DNA of 64,000 bases, from the NCBI GenBank assembly GCA_964234715.1, contig OZ174289.1; one strand, 5' to 3'. This DNA comes from Podarcis melisellensis (Eukaryota). Shown here piece after piece: positions 23,840-36,629 of the stretch. A model generated the notes under the pieces. That model searched no databases, was not told where the DNA came from, and saw only the letters and a program-made list of their open reading frames with translations. Position 1 is the first letter of the stretch, and each line of letters opens with the position of its first letter. Both the position numbers and the translations under genes were made by a program.

Positions 23840-24911
23840 CCAGACCTATGGAGCAAAGTATTAAGAGCCCCCTGCTTCACACCATGGTTTCAATCCATCT
23901 CCCCCCTCCCCCCGCATACCCTATTTATTTGTTACGCAAAAACCAGCAATATAACAAAACTACATAATAAAAGTCATGTTTACTATGGGTGTTCAAAGCA
24001 ATCATTTTTGGTCACCAGTTGCCTTTGAAAAATTGGACTCATTCCCTCCTGCTGACACAATGCCACTATTATTTAGCCCCCTGTGCTTCATTAACTCCTG
24101 TGTGCACACACACACATGCACGCATTAAATGGCACACTTTAATTTAAAGTGGCAATGGCTCTCCTGTCTTCTGTTATTTTCAAACTTGCTTGCAGACTCC
24201 AGCATTTGGGGGACATTGATTGCAGCTGAATTGCCCCTAACACCTTCAGTGTTTCACAGAAGTACAATACACCTGTCCTGGCTCTTGGAGGGCATATTTC
24301 TCTGCATGCGCCAAGAATCAATACAAACTCCATCTTTTCCACTTCTGCCTTGCACCTTGCCCCTCCTCAACCCTTTATCCTGTTACACATTTTGCAAAGG
24401 CAACTGGTAGAGATTGCAATTTCTTCTTGTCACAGAGAGAGAAAGAACATTCTGATATCTGGATTAACACAGAAAAAAAAAACAACAGAAAGCAAGCTTG
24501 ATTGATGAGAGAAACTCCAAAACACATTCCACACTTAATATTTGTGTCTGATATATGTCAGAGCAGAATTCAAGGTTAGGATACCCCTCTGACGTTTGAA
24601 AGTACCTGAGAAGGAACACATCTGTTCTCCAGGCCAGATAGCTTTCCCTCATGTTAAAAGTGATTTTTGATGTAATAGGTTCTTGCTGGTTGAATAATTT
24701 ACACTGCTTGTAGCACACAAAGAGCTTTGGTGGTGGTAGTGTGTGTGTGTGTGTATGTATATGTATATGTAACCAGCTGATGCAATTGTTTGGAAGTGTT
24801 AAAATTTGTTGAGGAAGTGCAGGCTCAAATCTCTGTTTGGCTGCGAAGCTTTCTGTTAAGCCATAAAGCTCATTGGGTGAATTCAGCCAATCCCTATCCT
24901 TCAGCTTCTGT

Positions 24912-25045
24912 TGGGGAAGCTGTGGCCCTCTGGATGCTGTGGCAGTTCTATTCCCATAATCTTTGACCATTGACTATGTTGGCTAGGGCCGATGCGACTT
25001 GGAATCTAGCAACATCTGGAGTGCCACAGGTTCTCCATACCCACC
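24912..25045. mobile_element. Palindromic hAT-type MITE (about 135 bp), degraded
   Basis: Similar to the intact copy at 42477-42612. Other degraded copies at about 25300-25430, 29515-29610, 58360-58485 and 62213-62430. Confidence 0.6.
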
Positions 25046-26563
25046 CTGAAACGTGGTCAATGGCACCTTTGTGTTTAAACAAGCCAGCTTCACAGCCAGC
25101 TTCGAAGTTTGCTTGTTTCGAATAAAACTATATTTACATTAACCACAGTTTGCTGAGTTCAGATGGTTGAAGAAACTGTGATTATTCAAAAATGGGAGCA
25201 AAAAATTCCAATTTCCTCCTCACAATTATATTGGAGGGGGGAAATGTGCGACCCTGATGCTTGCTGTGGTTCATTCTCATCATTTTTAACAATGGTTTAG
25301 CATGTTGGTCAATGTGGTGCTCTTTAGATATTGTCAAACTCCAATTCCGATCATTGCTGACCATTGGCCATGCTAAGTGAGGCTGAAGGGAGTTGGAGTT
25401 CAACAGCCTCTGGCAGGCACCACACTGGTTTAAGCATAACATCCAGGCTGGGTCAGCCCATAGGACGTGATGAACTGGATGTAAGTCTCAGAGTGAGAGG
25501 TTCAGCTGATGTTAGAGCCTCCTTTCAGACCACCTTATATTCTTCCCTCAGTGCCAGCTCTTCAGCTGACTCATTGTTCAATTCTTTACCTTTCAGAATG
25601 TTATGTAGCCCTGAAGGCAGGTAGTAGAGCTGCAGCAAAGTGGTCTACCAAGAGCAATTCGTTAGCTGTTTTTCTCCAGTGAAAGCCACAGGAAGCTGTG
25701 ACCTTCTTCTTCTTTTGTGCATTGCGGGGGTGGGGGTGTCTTATGAAATGTGGGACATGAAAATAAGAACAACCGTACATAGACTAATTGTGTGTGAACG
25801 TGAAGTGAGAGGCAGCTTGTTTCATTATCGAGTTTTATAATCTCTGATTCCCCCAAATCTAGCAAGAACAGGTTATGTGAGGCTGGGAAAGTGAGAGAAC
25901 ATCTTGTTTGAAGGGGAACAGACATCTAAGTCTGATGTTAGAAGCCAAGGGCAAGCCTGGAATATGAAGCTTTGTAATGACCCTCTAAAAGGGGGCATTT
26001 TATGTGGAGGACCACTGACCTGGTGTTTTAAAACTTAATGCAAAGGTGGGAATCTCAGGCCTGGATCAGTAATTCAATAGTTATTTCAGTAACCCACTAT
26101 GGAAGGGCTTGGATATAATGCTAAACCATAGTTTAGTATTACATGCACAAGTCTCGAGCTTGTGCACCCCCTCCCTCAAGGCTTCTCTTCTGGTATAGTT
26201 GCAAGGAAATCAGAAGCATTCACTTCCATTTGAAATGAAACACACTGCATTGCTCATCTGAACAGGGTTAATTTAAACTTTGGTTCACCCGAAGAACTGA
26301 AGATCAATCCATGGTTTCTGATCCTACCTTGTTTGGATAAACCAACAGGTGGGGTGGGGGAAGGCCATGGGAAGAGAGTGGCATGGCCTATGGAGAGTTC
26401 CAATGCCCTTATATACATTTGTCCCCCAGGCCTGAGTTCCCATGAGTTCTCTTTACTATCAACTTATCTCCCTCTTTGATTGTAGAACATGAGTGGACTA
26501 CACTGACTGACAGTCATTCACCTACTCAGGGCTAAACCAGATGCAATGACAACAATTTGATTA

Positions 26564-26788
26564 CAGTGGTATCTCAGGTTACATACACTTCAGGTTACAT
26601 ACACTTCAGGTTACAGACTCCGCTAACCCAGAAATACTACCTTGGGTTAAGAACTTTGCTTCAGGATAAGAACAGAAATCGTGCTCTGGCGGGGCAGTGG
26701 CAGCGGGAGGCCCCATTAGCTAAAGTGGTGCTTCAGGTTAAGAACAGACCTCCAGAATGAATTAAGTTCTTAACCCGAGGTACCACTG
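26564..26788. mobile_element. Tc1/mariner-superfamily MITE
   Basis: CAGTGGTATCTCAGGTT ... AACCCGAGGTACCACTG with TA TSD; same family as 10983-11224. Confidence 0.9.
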
Positions 26789-27204
26789 TATGCCTCTCCA
26801 GCACATGAAGTTTAGCCCGTAATGAGGCCGGTCTTCTGAGGAGTAAGCTGCCCCCGTCAGTATGTAGATAGGTAGAAAGCCATGTGATGGCATTTTGTGT
26901 CCTTGTGTATGCAGATGACCTCAAGCCATGATCAGGAGTCCAGCAATACTGACTTGACTTGCAAACCAGCCATTAATTGTGGTCATCTTCACACACCCCC
27001 AAGTCCTCCATTCTTTGGCATGCATGCACGGAGAGCTGGGGGCAGGGTGCTCACTCGTTTGCACAAGGGAATAGAGAAGATAAGAAACAACAGCTTGGAA
27101 ATAACAGCTGCTGTTTCTTACCTGTTTTCAAAAACTGCAATAGAATTGAGACCTCTGAGATAGGGACCTTTTTGGTTCTGGGTATCCTGCGAAGCTAAAG
27201 CATC

Positions 27205-28550
27205 TATGACAGCCAGCCGTCCAACCTCTGCTTAAACATCTCCAAAGAAGAAGAGTCCACAACCTCCTGGTGGAGACCGTTCCACTGCCAAACAGCTCTT
27301 ACTGTCAGAAAGGTTTTCCGTACGTTTAATCAGAATCTCCTTTCTTGTAACTTGAAGCCACTGGTTCAAGTCCTACCCTCCAGAGCAGGATAAAACAAGC
27401 AAGTTCCCTCTTCCACGTGACAGCCCTTCAGGTATTTGAAGATGGCTATCATATCTCATCTCAGTCTCCTCTTTTCCAGGCTACACACCCAACTCCTTCA
27501 AGCACTTCATATAAGTCTTGGTTTCAAAACCCTTGATCATCTTGGTTGCCCTCCTCCTGCACATATTCCAGCTTGTCAACATGCTTCTTAGATTGTGGTG
27601 CCCAGAATTGGACACAGTATTCCAGCTGTGGTCTGTTCAAGGCAGAATAGAGTGGTACTATTACTTCCCTTGATCTAGACACTATACTTCTGATGATACA
27701 GCCTAGGATAGCATTAGCTTTTTTTGCTGCTAGATCACACTGTTGACTAATGTTAATGACTAATGTTAATGTTAATGTTGACTAATGCTAATGTTAAGCC
27801 TGTGGTCCACCAAGACCCCTAGATCTTTTTCACATGTCCTACTAGTAAGCCAGGTGTCCCCTATCTTCTATTTGTGCATCTGGTTCTTCCTACCTAAGTG
27901 CAGACCTTAAATTTCTCCCTACTGAAATTAATAATGTTAGCTTGGGCCCAGTTCTCCAATCTGTTAAGGTCATTTTGAATTCTGATTCTGTCTTCTGTAG
28001 CATTAGCTATCCCTCCCAGTTTGGTGTCATCTGCAAATTTGATGAGCATCCCCTAGATTCTTTCATCCAAGTCATTTCTAAAGGTGTTGAACAACAGGCT
28101 CTGGACAGAACCCTGCAGAACCCCACATGTCACTTTTTTCCAGGATGACGAGGAACTGTTAATGAGTACTCTTTGGGTTCAGTCAGTCAACCAGCTACAA
28201 TCCACCTAACAGTTACCTCGTCCAACCCACATTTTACCAGCTTCCTTACAAGAATATCATGGGGGACTTTGTCAAAAGACTTACTGATCAAGATACACAG
28301 CATTCCTCTGATCCACCAAGCTTGAAACTTCATCAAAAAAAGAAATGAGATTCTTCTGGCATGACTTATTTTTGAGAAACCCATTCTGGCTCTTAGTAAT
28401 CACAGAATCCTTTTCTAAATTCTCATAGACCAACTGTTGAATTATCTGTTCTAGGTATTATCTGTTTCCTGGTAACGATTTCAAGCTTACCAGTTGGTAG
28501 TTACCTGGGTCTTCTCTCCCCCCCCTTTTTGGAAGATGAGGAGTAACCTC
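27205..28550 (-). mobile_element. CR1 LINE, 5'-truncated RT and 3' region
   Basis: Minus-strand peptides DPGNYQLVSL and SKSFDKVPHDILVRKLVKCGLD; CR1 3' motifs. Confidence 0.9.
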
Positions 28551-29611
28551 ATCTTCATCTTCTCCCTCCCTCCAAGTCCCATTCTCTATTATAGTCATTT
28601 TATGACAAAAATCCATTTGTGCAGGTGAAATAGCCCACAAATCACAAGCTTAATTACTCAACTTATTTACTTAATTACTTCTGACGATGCTTAATTGCAT
28701 TTTGTTTCTTAATTGCTCAGTGCAGGGCTAGCTTACAGTTAGCATGCCCACTCCCTTCAGAATGATTCTGAGTTCTATGCTCATTCCAATCATAAAACCT
28801 TGGACATTTCATTAGATTCATGTGCCTCTGACAGTTTCTATATACTTTCTGATAGCATTTCTTGTCAACTTTGGAAGTCACCACTTTGATTCTTCACGTA
28901 GTGGTCTCTTAAAGTGATCACATAAAATTCATAACAGAATCCTATAAAGAGCACATATGGTCCCACGGAGATCCCCCATGACACATGCGCAGATGCAATT
29001 CTCGGCACCGCAGAAGCAAGTCCCTGCATTGCGCTGTGCCGGTTTAGTGCAGCGTGAGAGCAGGTGGCTTGGTTCAGGGGTGACGTGGGCTGGTCAAACG
29101 ACCTCTGTGGGCCGCTTCTAGCCCATGGGCCTTAGGTTGGTGACTCCTAGATTAGATGATCCTCAGTGTCCCTTCCAACTCTACAATTCTATGATTAAAA
29201 CATTAAAATGCAAACCACCAGTGTTGAAATGAGCAACAAAACGATCCCATTAAAGCTGCTGTGCAATTAAAACAAAATTCTTGTGTTAAGAGGTCAAGAA
29301 ACTGCTTGTGTGTAAACAGGGCAAGACGAATGGCAGTGAGGATGGGGGCCTCTCACATTTCAGCAAGGAGCACATTCTGCAACACCCGCATTACCAGTGA
29401 AGAAGCTGATAAGCATCATGCCTCTGTAAGGCTAACTAGGGCCTATTTGTTGATCTTAGTGCCCTTACTGGACAACAGAGAGAACACCTGGCATTTAGGT
29501 AGCCTGGCCACTGCATATTTTGTTGTACCACCACTCCCATCATCCCTGACCATTGGCTAAGCTGCCTGGGGTGATGGGACGTGCAGTCCAACTACATCCT
29601 GGGACCCAGAG

Positions 29612-29985
29612 TTTGTTTATTTATTTCATAAAAATGATATACTGCTTGATTATAAAAAAGAAAAGAAAAAAAGTAAAACAAAAAAATTCACAACCCTACT
29701 TTAAAACATACGGAAGTTAAATTACTGAAAAGGATTAAAATCACCTCAACTTTCTAAGCATCTGGGTAGGCTTGTTTAAAGAAGAATGCTTTTAGCAGGC
29801 ACCAAAAAGTGAACACTGAAGGTAGCTTCTTGATCTCAATAGGCAAGGAGTTCCAAAGTTGTAGTCACTGCCACACTAAACAATCAGGTTCTTACCAATG
29901 TGGAACTGGCATTATGTGGCACCTGTAGTAGTAGCAATTTCACTGGTTGATCCAGTCATGTGGGGTAAGGCAGTCTTGTAGAGAA
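29612..29985 (-). mobile_element. L2-like LINE 3' end
   Basis: Homologous to 34950-35580, whose minus strand encodes LPTEIKQVPSMYSFWHLLKTFLFRQAY (L2 ORF2 C-terminus). Confidence 0.65.
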
Positions 29986-30025
29986 CACTTTGGAGAACAC
30001 TTTGCTGGGGAGTAACTCCTTGAAT

Positions 30026-30376
30026 GGGATGCAGGTGGCGCTGTGGGTTAAACCACAGAGCCTAGGACTTGCCGATCAGAAGGTTGGCAGTTCGAATCCC
30101 CGCAACGGGGTGAGCTCCCATTGCTTGGTCCCTGCTCCTGCCCACCTAGCAGTTCGAAAGCATGTCAAAGTGCAAGTAGATAAATAGGCACCGTTCCGGT
30201 GGGAAGGTAAACAGCGTTTCTGTGCGCTGCTCTGGTTCGCCAGAAGTGGCTTAGTTATGCTGGCTACATGACCCGGAAGCTGTACGCCGGCTCCCTCAGC
30301 CAGTAAAGTGAGATGAGCGCCGCAACCCCAGAGTCGGTCACGACTGGACCTAACAGTCAGGGGTCCCTTTACCTTT
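30026..30376 (+). mobile_element. Sauria SINE (Squam1), full length
   Basis: Head, B box GTTCGAATCCC and ACCTTT tail. TSD TAACTCCTTGAA / TAACCCCTTGAA. Confidence 0.92.
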
Positions 30377-30904
30377 TAACCCCTTGAACATACTGAGTTA
30401 TTATGCACAAGAATGCAGTCTCCAAGGAAGAGACAGAGACATTGTGCCTTGAAGATCAGATGTACATCAGTGCACATGCATGAACATCAAGGCCTCATGT
30501 CACACACAGTCTGCCATTCCATTTGCTGTAGCTTTTGAGGTTCGTTCCCCCACTACTGATGTGCTGTTATAAGGACAATTATGCATTTTTATGAAACTCT
30601 CAATCTGTCTACGAAACACCTTTAGCTGAAAGCACAAACTTTCTCTTTGTTTTCCAATGAGCACAGTCAGGCTAGCATATACAGAAGGCAAAATGAAATG
30701 GAATCAGCAATGGAAAGTGTTTGGGTGTGAGTTCCTGAATACTTTTGGATGAACACAAGTGGAAACTGTAGGCAAATATCCTATTGGTAATTTAAAAACA
30801 AGTACTGAAACTGCTCTTCTTTGCCCCTGTTTTTCTCTTTCCTTTCTTCCCTACCCACCTTTCCTCTACTCCCTCTTTCCCCTCCCTACACAGGACTCCA
30901 CAGA

Positions 30905-30963
30905 ATGGAGCAAGAATGAGAGGAAAAAGGCAGACAGAAAAGCATGAACTGGAGGCTTGCTGA
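30905..30963 (+). promoter_or_regulatory. Two upstream ORFs in the BRINP1 5' UTR
   Basis: uORF1 30905-30919 is ATG GAG CAA GAA TGA. uORF2 30916-30963 ([15 protein letters not shown]) overlaps the main ATG out of frame. Confidence 0.6.
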
Positions 30964-31161
30964 GTTCCTCTACTTCCTCTTTATATGGGACCATATAACA
31001 GTACAGCCCTCCCACCAGCAACCCGCTGTGACCAACCAACATGTCTCCAAGGAATTTGATTGGCTTATTTCAGACAGAGGGCCCTTCCACCACTCACGGA
31101 GCTACTTATCCTTTGTGGAAAGACATCGTCAGGGATTTACAACCCGGTATAAAATATACAG
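30944..31161 (+). CDS. BRINP1: BRINP1 first coding exon (exon spans 30894-31161 including 50 nt of 5' UTR); N-terminal hydrophobic/signal-like segment
   Basis: Translates [73 protein letters not shown], recognisable as the vertebrate BRINP1 N-terminus. Long polypyrimidine tract plus CAG acceptor ending at 30893; donor AG|GTAAGG at 31161/31162; 218 coding nt, phase 2. Confidence 0.96.
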
Positions 31162-31254
31162 GTAAGGAGGAATTTTTTGTTTGGGGGTGCTTTCCATTAA
31201 ACCAACAGCTTCCCTTTGATGTCTTTTGAGTGTTACATGGATGATAGGCAGCTG

Positions 31255-31430
31255 CAAACTAGAGGACGGGTGATGCCTGGCTTGTGAATTGCAAGATATG
31301 ACTGGCAGCATGGCCGCTGCAAAAATGGCTAATGCAGTCTTTAGCTGCATTGATAGGACTGTAGCTTCCCAGTTGTGAGAAGTGAGAGTTCCATCCCCCG
31401 CCACGCTCACTATTCTTGAAGGACTGTCAC
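31255..31430 (+). mobile_element. Old CR1 ORF2 fragment
   Basis: Encodes AAKMANAVFSCIDRTVAS, similar to the CR1 [12 protein letters not shown] motif. Confidence 0.55.
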
Positions 31431-32494
31431 ATGAGGCTTGTTTGTGTGTTGCACTGAACACAGGAACAAGCTGTCTCTACACCATAGCTGTCAATTTTTC
31501 CCTTTTCTTGCGAGGAATCCTATTTGGAATAAGGGAAAGGGGAAACGTTTACAGCTATTCTCTACACTTGTTGATTTGCACAGCTCAGCTATTGTGTACA
31601 GATTCATAAACTGTATATTCATTGAAGGATACATGTGGATTAGAAGCGTGTATCTCGGCTATCTGTGTACATGGATACATGGACTGTACACTTGTAGCAT
31701 CTGAACACCTCTATGGAAGAGGGCAAAGACATCTGCACCGCTGCGGGTTGGAATAGATGAACCATGGGGTTCATTCTAACCCCACAATTCTGTGGTTCTA
31801 TGTGCTCTGCTGCCCTAAAGGAGAGAATTAGATCAAATTCAGGATGGCAGATTTCTCTTGGATCAGCTGCTTGGCCATAGAAGTGGTTGGCAAGGACAGG
31901 AGAGAGGTCTTTTGTGCAAAGATAGACCCCCCCAAAAAAAATCTTGCTTTAATAAAGGCTCCCAGGGTGGGTGGGTGTGAGTTAAACCAGAGCCTCTGGT
32001 GATGTGGTTTTTGTCTGCTATTGCTGTTTTGGTTTTTTATTAAACTCTTTTATGATTTTGCTTTATGATACTCTTCTCACCCCATTTACTGCTGATTGTT
32101 TACTTTTATTGTTAGGGTTGGCTTTAATTTTGTTGAGATATAAATTGGAAGCCACCTCAAACTTTGCTAGGTGTAAGTGGTCAAATAAGTAAATAAGTAA
32201 GCTATCAAAGCAAGTAAATAAATAAATAGCCAAGCAACCCGAGGTCAAAATATATCAATGGACAAGGCAAATAAGGCTATAGAATCACTTTCTATTCATT
32301 GGTTTATAATGTGATATTTTATGGAGAACTTGGGGTCTTGAACCTTGTGTCAGACACGGAGAATGGAAGAGGATTGCTTTCAGAAGGCATGTTACATTCA
32401 CGGGAGTTGGTGTTAATTCCATGCTGTTTTGGGTGGTATGAAATATTTTTTATCCCCCTCCCTTCAATTCTTTCTCTGTGTATTGGATTCCTTC

Positions 32495-32625
32495 ATAATG
32501 GAAAGAATTTGAAGCTTTTTAGTTTAGAGAAAAGGCAGGTAAGAGGGGCATGAAAGAAGTGTTTAAAATTATTCATTGTGTGGAGACAGTGTATGGGAAA
32601 AAGTCCCCCCCCCTCATAATACAAG
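32495..32625 (+). mobile_element. Old CR1 ORF2 fragment
   Basis: LKLFSLEKRQVRG motif. Confidence 0.6.
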
Positions 32626-33534
32626 AGATTCTTACAATGCAAATACCTATTTCAGCAGTTTTTAAAATCACCATCTGTGCATAGCTTACCTTTAGAAGCT
32701 TTTAGAGACAAGGTTGTATAACCTCGAACAACTATGATATTCAAAGATGCTTAGGTAGACGTGGATCATCTCCCTTCTCTCTTTCCCTTTTAACCAAGAA
32801 ATCACTTGTAAACAAGAAAAAAGTAAAGTTTACTCACATACAAGTCCTGCCAGGATTAAGGAGCTACACTGATGCGAATCAGTGAGGCAATAGTTCTTAA
32901 AGTTACAAAAGACCATTGTCCAGTTCAAAATGGTGTGTAACTCTGTGGAGAAGACCCTACAGGCAACCTAACCCATTAAAGGTAAGGAGCATGCTCTGTG
33001 ATGAGAGCTGGATGATTTGGGGTTTGCAACATCGTGATTTATCACCAACCAAACATTGCAGTTTTGCGATAAACCACGATGTTGAAAGAAACTGCATCAG
33101 CCCCTGCCAGCAAGGCACTGGGGTGAAAGCACTGGGGTGAGGCACTTTCACCCAGCGCCTTGTGGGCTGGGGTTTGTCTGTGTGTGTGTGTAAAAGCTCC
33201 TGTCCCCAGCTGAGTGAGCCCTGGTGTCCTTGCCACTCGCACACGAGTGCCAAAAACAAACCCCTGTGTTGCAATGAGAACCAATCACAGAAATATAGAC
33301 ACAACACATAGGCTAATAACTGTTAAAGCATATGTAATAAAATAATGATATCATTCAAAAGGTAGAAATAAATCTATTAGAATTCATAAATACAATGTAA
33401 CAGACTAGTGGCACAGAACGTTAAGCCATGTGTTCAAGATAGGCGTCAAAGGTCAGTAGCACAATGGTTATGCAAAGGTTTCAACAGAAAGTCTCAAAAG
33501 TAAAGTTTTCTCAATAGTTTTACATGAGTGGCAG

Positions 33535-33892
33535 GGGATGCAGGTGGCGCTGTGGGTTAAAGCCTCAGTGCCTAGGACTTGCCGATCGAAAGGTCGGCAG
33601 TTCAAATCCCTGCGGCGGGGTGCGCTCCCGCTGCTCGGTCCCAGCGCCTGCCAACCTAGCAGTTCGAAAGCACCTCCGGGTGCAAGTAGATAAATAGGGA
33701 CCGCTTACCAGCGGGAAGGTAAATGGCGTTTCCATGTGCGGCTCTGGCTCACCAGAGCAGCGATGTCACACTGGCCACGTGACCCGGAAGTGTCTCCGGA
33801 CAGCGCTGGCCCCTGGCCTCTTGAGTGAGATGGGCGCACAACCCCAGAGTCTGGCAAGACTGGCCCGTACGGGCAGGGGTACCTTTACCTTT
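33535..33892 (+). mobile_element. Sauria SINE (Squam1), full length, GCCCGTACGGGC subfamily
   Basis: Head and (ACCTTT)2 tail. TSD ACATGAGTGGCAG (33522-33534) / ACATGAGTAGCAG (33894-33906). Confidence 0.92.
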
Positions 33893-34949
33893 GACATGAG
33901 TAGCAGGGATGGCGGGGCTCCTTCCTGAGGCTCCCTCTGCTTTTGCTGGCTCGGGGGTGGTGGTGTGAGCAACCTCGCTCGCTCACCCCACCCCACTCCC
34001 TGAAGACAGACCAAGCATTTCCTTTGTCCATGCAGGTGCGCTGGCTCTTTCCTCCTGGGATGGTCATTCACCCTGGGTAGAAAGACGCAGCCCATCCTCC
34101 CAGGGTGAAGTCCACAAGGCAGGGTGGCCTGACACTGTTGGTGCACCGCCTGGCTAAGCCCGACCCCCCTGGCAAGGCTGAAGCAAGGCTCAAGGGAGAA
34201 GTGTGACAGAGCCCACACCTCCCCAGCTGAGCAGCCAGGGCTCTCTCAACCGGGGAGGAGGAGCACCTCAACGGAGCCCCCACCCCAGCGCTGGTTCGTG
34301 CGAGCTGGTGGCAGGTTGAGGGCTCTGTAAAACTGCTTGGCTGAGGTGAGGGCAATGGTGCGCTCCTCAGCCAAGCAGTCTAAAGAGGCAGAGGGAGGAA
34401 CAAACTATATTAGCACCTCACTGATGTAGCTTGTTTCTCCTTCTGCCAATATGTGGACAGATGATGGTGGCTTCACTCAGCGGTATATTGCTGGTGGAAC
34501 CGCTGCCTTCTGAGTCCCCTTGCCTCCAGCACCCAGCTACATCTTGTTGGTAGAAGAGGGACTCAGAGGAAGTTTCACCCATGATATACCACTGAGTGAA
34601 ACTGTCATCACAGTGTGCCCCTCGTACTGGTCCTGGGTGATATGTTGATATATTGCCCAGGCCTAGCTGTGACAGGAAGATGATTAAGTTTTCTATTTTT
34701 CCTCCTTCTGCTATAAAGGTTTAGAGGATATAACATCAGACAGTCCCCTGTCTGTAATTCTTTAGCAACCGTGCATTTGTGATTTTGGCTTCAGATTCTC
34801 CCACAATTTTGACAAAGCATATAAGTGAATTGTAGAATTTGCTCCCAGAATGTAGTAACAACCCTCAAATTGAAGGGATTTAAAAGAGGATTCAACAAAT
34901 TCATAGAATATAAAGTTATCAGTATTGCTGGAGGCAGAATGGTGCTGCT

Positions 34950-35580
34950 TGTTTATTTTATTTATTTCATAAAATTTATACACTGCTTGATCATTTTTTT
35001 AAAAAAAGGTTTACAAAAGATAAAACGGTAAAATAAAGGGAAAAATTGCAAATGTACTTTCAAACATGCGAAAGTTAAGAATAGTAAAACTGATCAAAAT
35101 CACCTCAGTTTCTTAGCGTCTGGGTAAAAGGTGAAGGTAAAGGGTAAAGGGACCCCTGACCATTAGGTCCAGTTGTGGATGACTCTCGGGTTGCGGCGCT
35201 TATCTCGCTTTATTGGCTGAGGGAGCCGGCGTACAGCTTCTGGGTCATGTGGCCAGCATGACTAAGCTGCTTCTGGCGAACCAGAGCAGCACACAGAAAC
35301 GCCGTTTACCTTCCCATTGGAGCGGTACCTATTTATCTACTTGCACTGTGACGTGCTTTCGAACTGCTAGGTTGGCAGGAGCAGGGACCGAGCAACGGGA
35401 GCTCACCCTGTCGCGAGGATTTGAACCGCCGACCTTTTGATCGGCAAGCCCAAGAGGCTCAGTGGTTTAACCCACAGCACCACCTGCATCTGAGTAGGCT
35501 TGTCTAAACAAGAAGGTTTTTAGCAAGTGCCAAAAAGAGTACATTGAAGGCACCTGCTTGATCTCAGTAGGCAGGGAGTT
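34950..35580 (-). mobile_element. L2-like 3' end interrupted by a Sauria SINE
   Basis: Colinear with 29612-29850 once 35127-35490 is removed. Confidence 0.7.
35127..35490 (-). mobile_element. Sauria SINE (Squam1)
   Basis: AAGGTAAAGGG tail on +; core and head in reverse. Confidence 0.9.
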
Positions 35581-36629
35581 GTTGGGAATTGCTGGTGAGG
35601 AGAGTGCTGTTGCACTCAGGTCCTGCTTGTGAACTTCCCATAGGCATCTAGTTGGCCACTGAGAACCAAGTCCTGGACAAGATGGGCCTTTGACCTGATC
35701 TAGCAAGCACTTATTAGGCTCTTCTACATGGGGATAACCCTGCCCTCCAGAAAATCACACTGAAATGGCAGGATTGCTATGTCTCCTCTTAATCTTTCCT
35801 CTTGTTTTAACACATCCAGTTTTTTTAAGCCAAACCTCCTAGGACTTGGTTTCTAGGCTCTCCTCGTCCTGGCTGTCCACCTCCGAACATGCCCTAGTTT
35901 GTCCATGTATTTTTCTTAAAAGGAGGCACCCAGAACTGGACCCAACATTCTAGAAGGTGGAAGTTGTGGAATCTTAGTGATAGCAAGCTCTGCAGTTGAC
36001 TGCATTGTGGAAGTGAACGTGAATATTCCCCTTGCCGGTCACGTACAAAGATGGTAATGGACATCTTCATTTCGAGAGGAAATTGCAGAGTAGGGATTTT
36101 TATTATAAATAAATGAAAAAAAATAAAAATCAACAACATGCACAGAGGCTACATAACTCTAAATATAGGTGAAGCAAACATTTGTGGGCTCCATCTGGAA
36201 AGATTATTTCCTCTTATAATTGGCTGACTAAATAACTGTTAGGGTTGGTTTAGTTATAATTATTTCTTTAAAGGTTCCCCCCTCCATGGTTAAAAATTGC
36301 CTATTTCACAGTAAAAATGTGCCATTTCATGGTACATTGATCAAAAAAGGGGGGGGGGGAAGGGAAAACAAGAAAGACATTTTTGTGGTTAAATGGAATA
36401 CATTTATTAATATCAGAAAACAGTTATGTCATACTTTCCCATATTTATGACGGATGTTCATGCACTAAATTGACATGTTTTGCGAGTTACAAATATGACT
36501 GGAAAGAGGTGTAAATGATTTTTATGGGTGGAAAATGAATGCTTGCCACACGACGTTAGAAACAGCCCAGCTGGATCAGAACAAAGGCATATTATTACCA
36601 CCACAACATTTGCTGGATGCTGCATAAGA

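Noticed and set aside
1-30893. BRINP1 promoter, CpG island or exon 1
   Set aside because: All CpG-rich patches coincide with transposons; no island-scale promoter is recognisable, so exon 1 is probably upstream of the window.
33795-33810. REST/NRSE site (GGACAGCGCT)
   Set aside because: Only a right half-site, inside a SINE; no adjacent CAGCACC left half.
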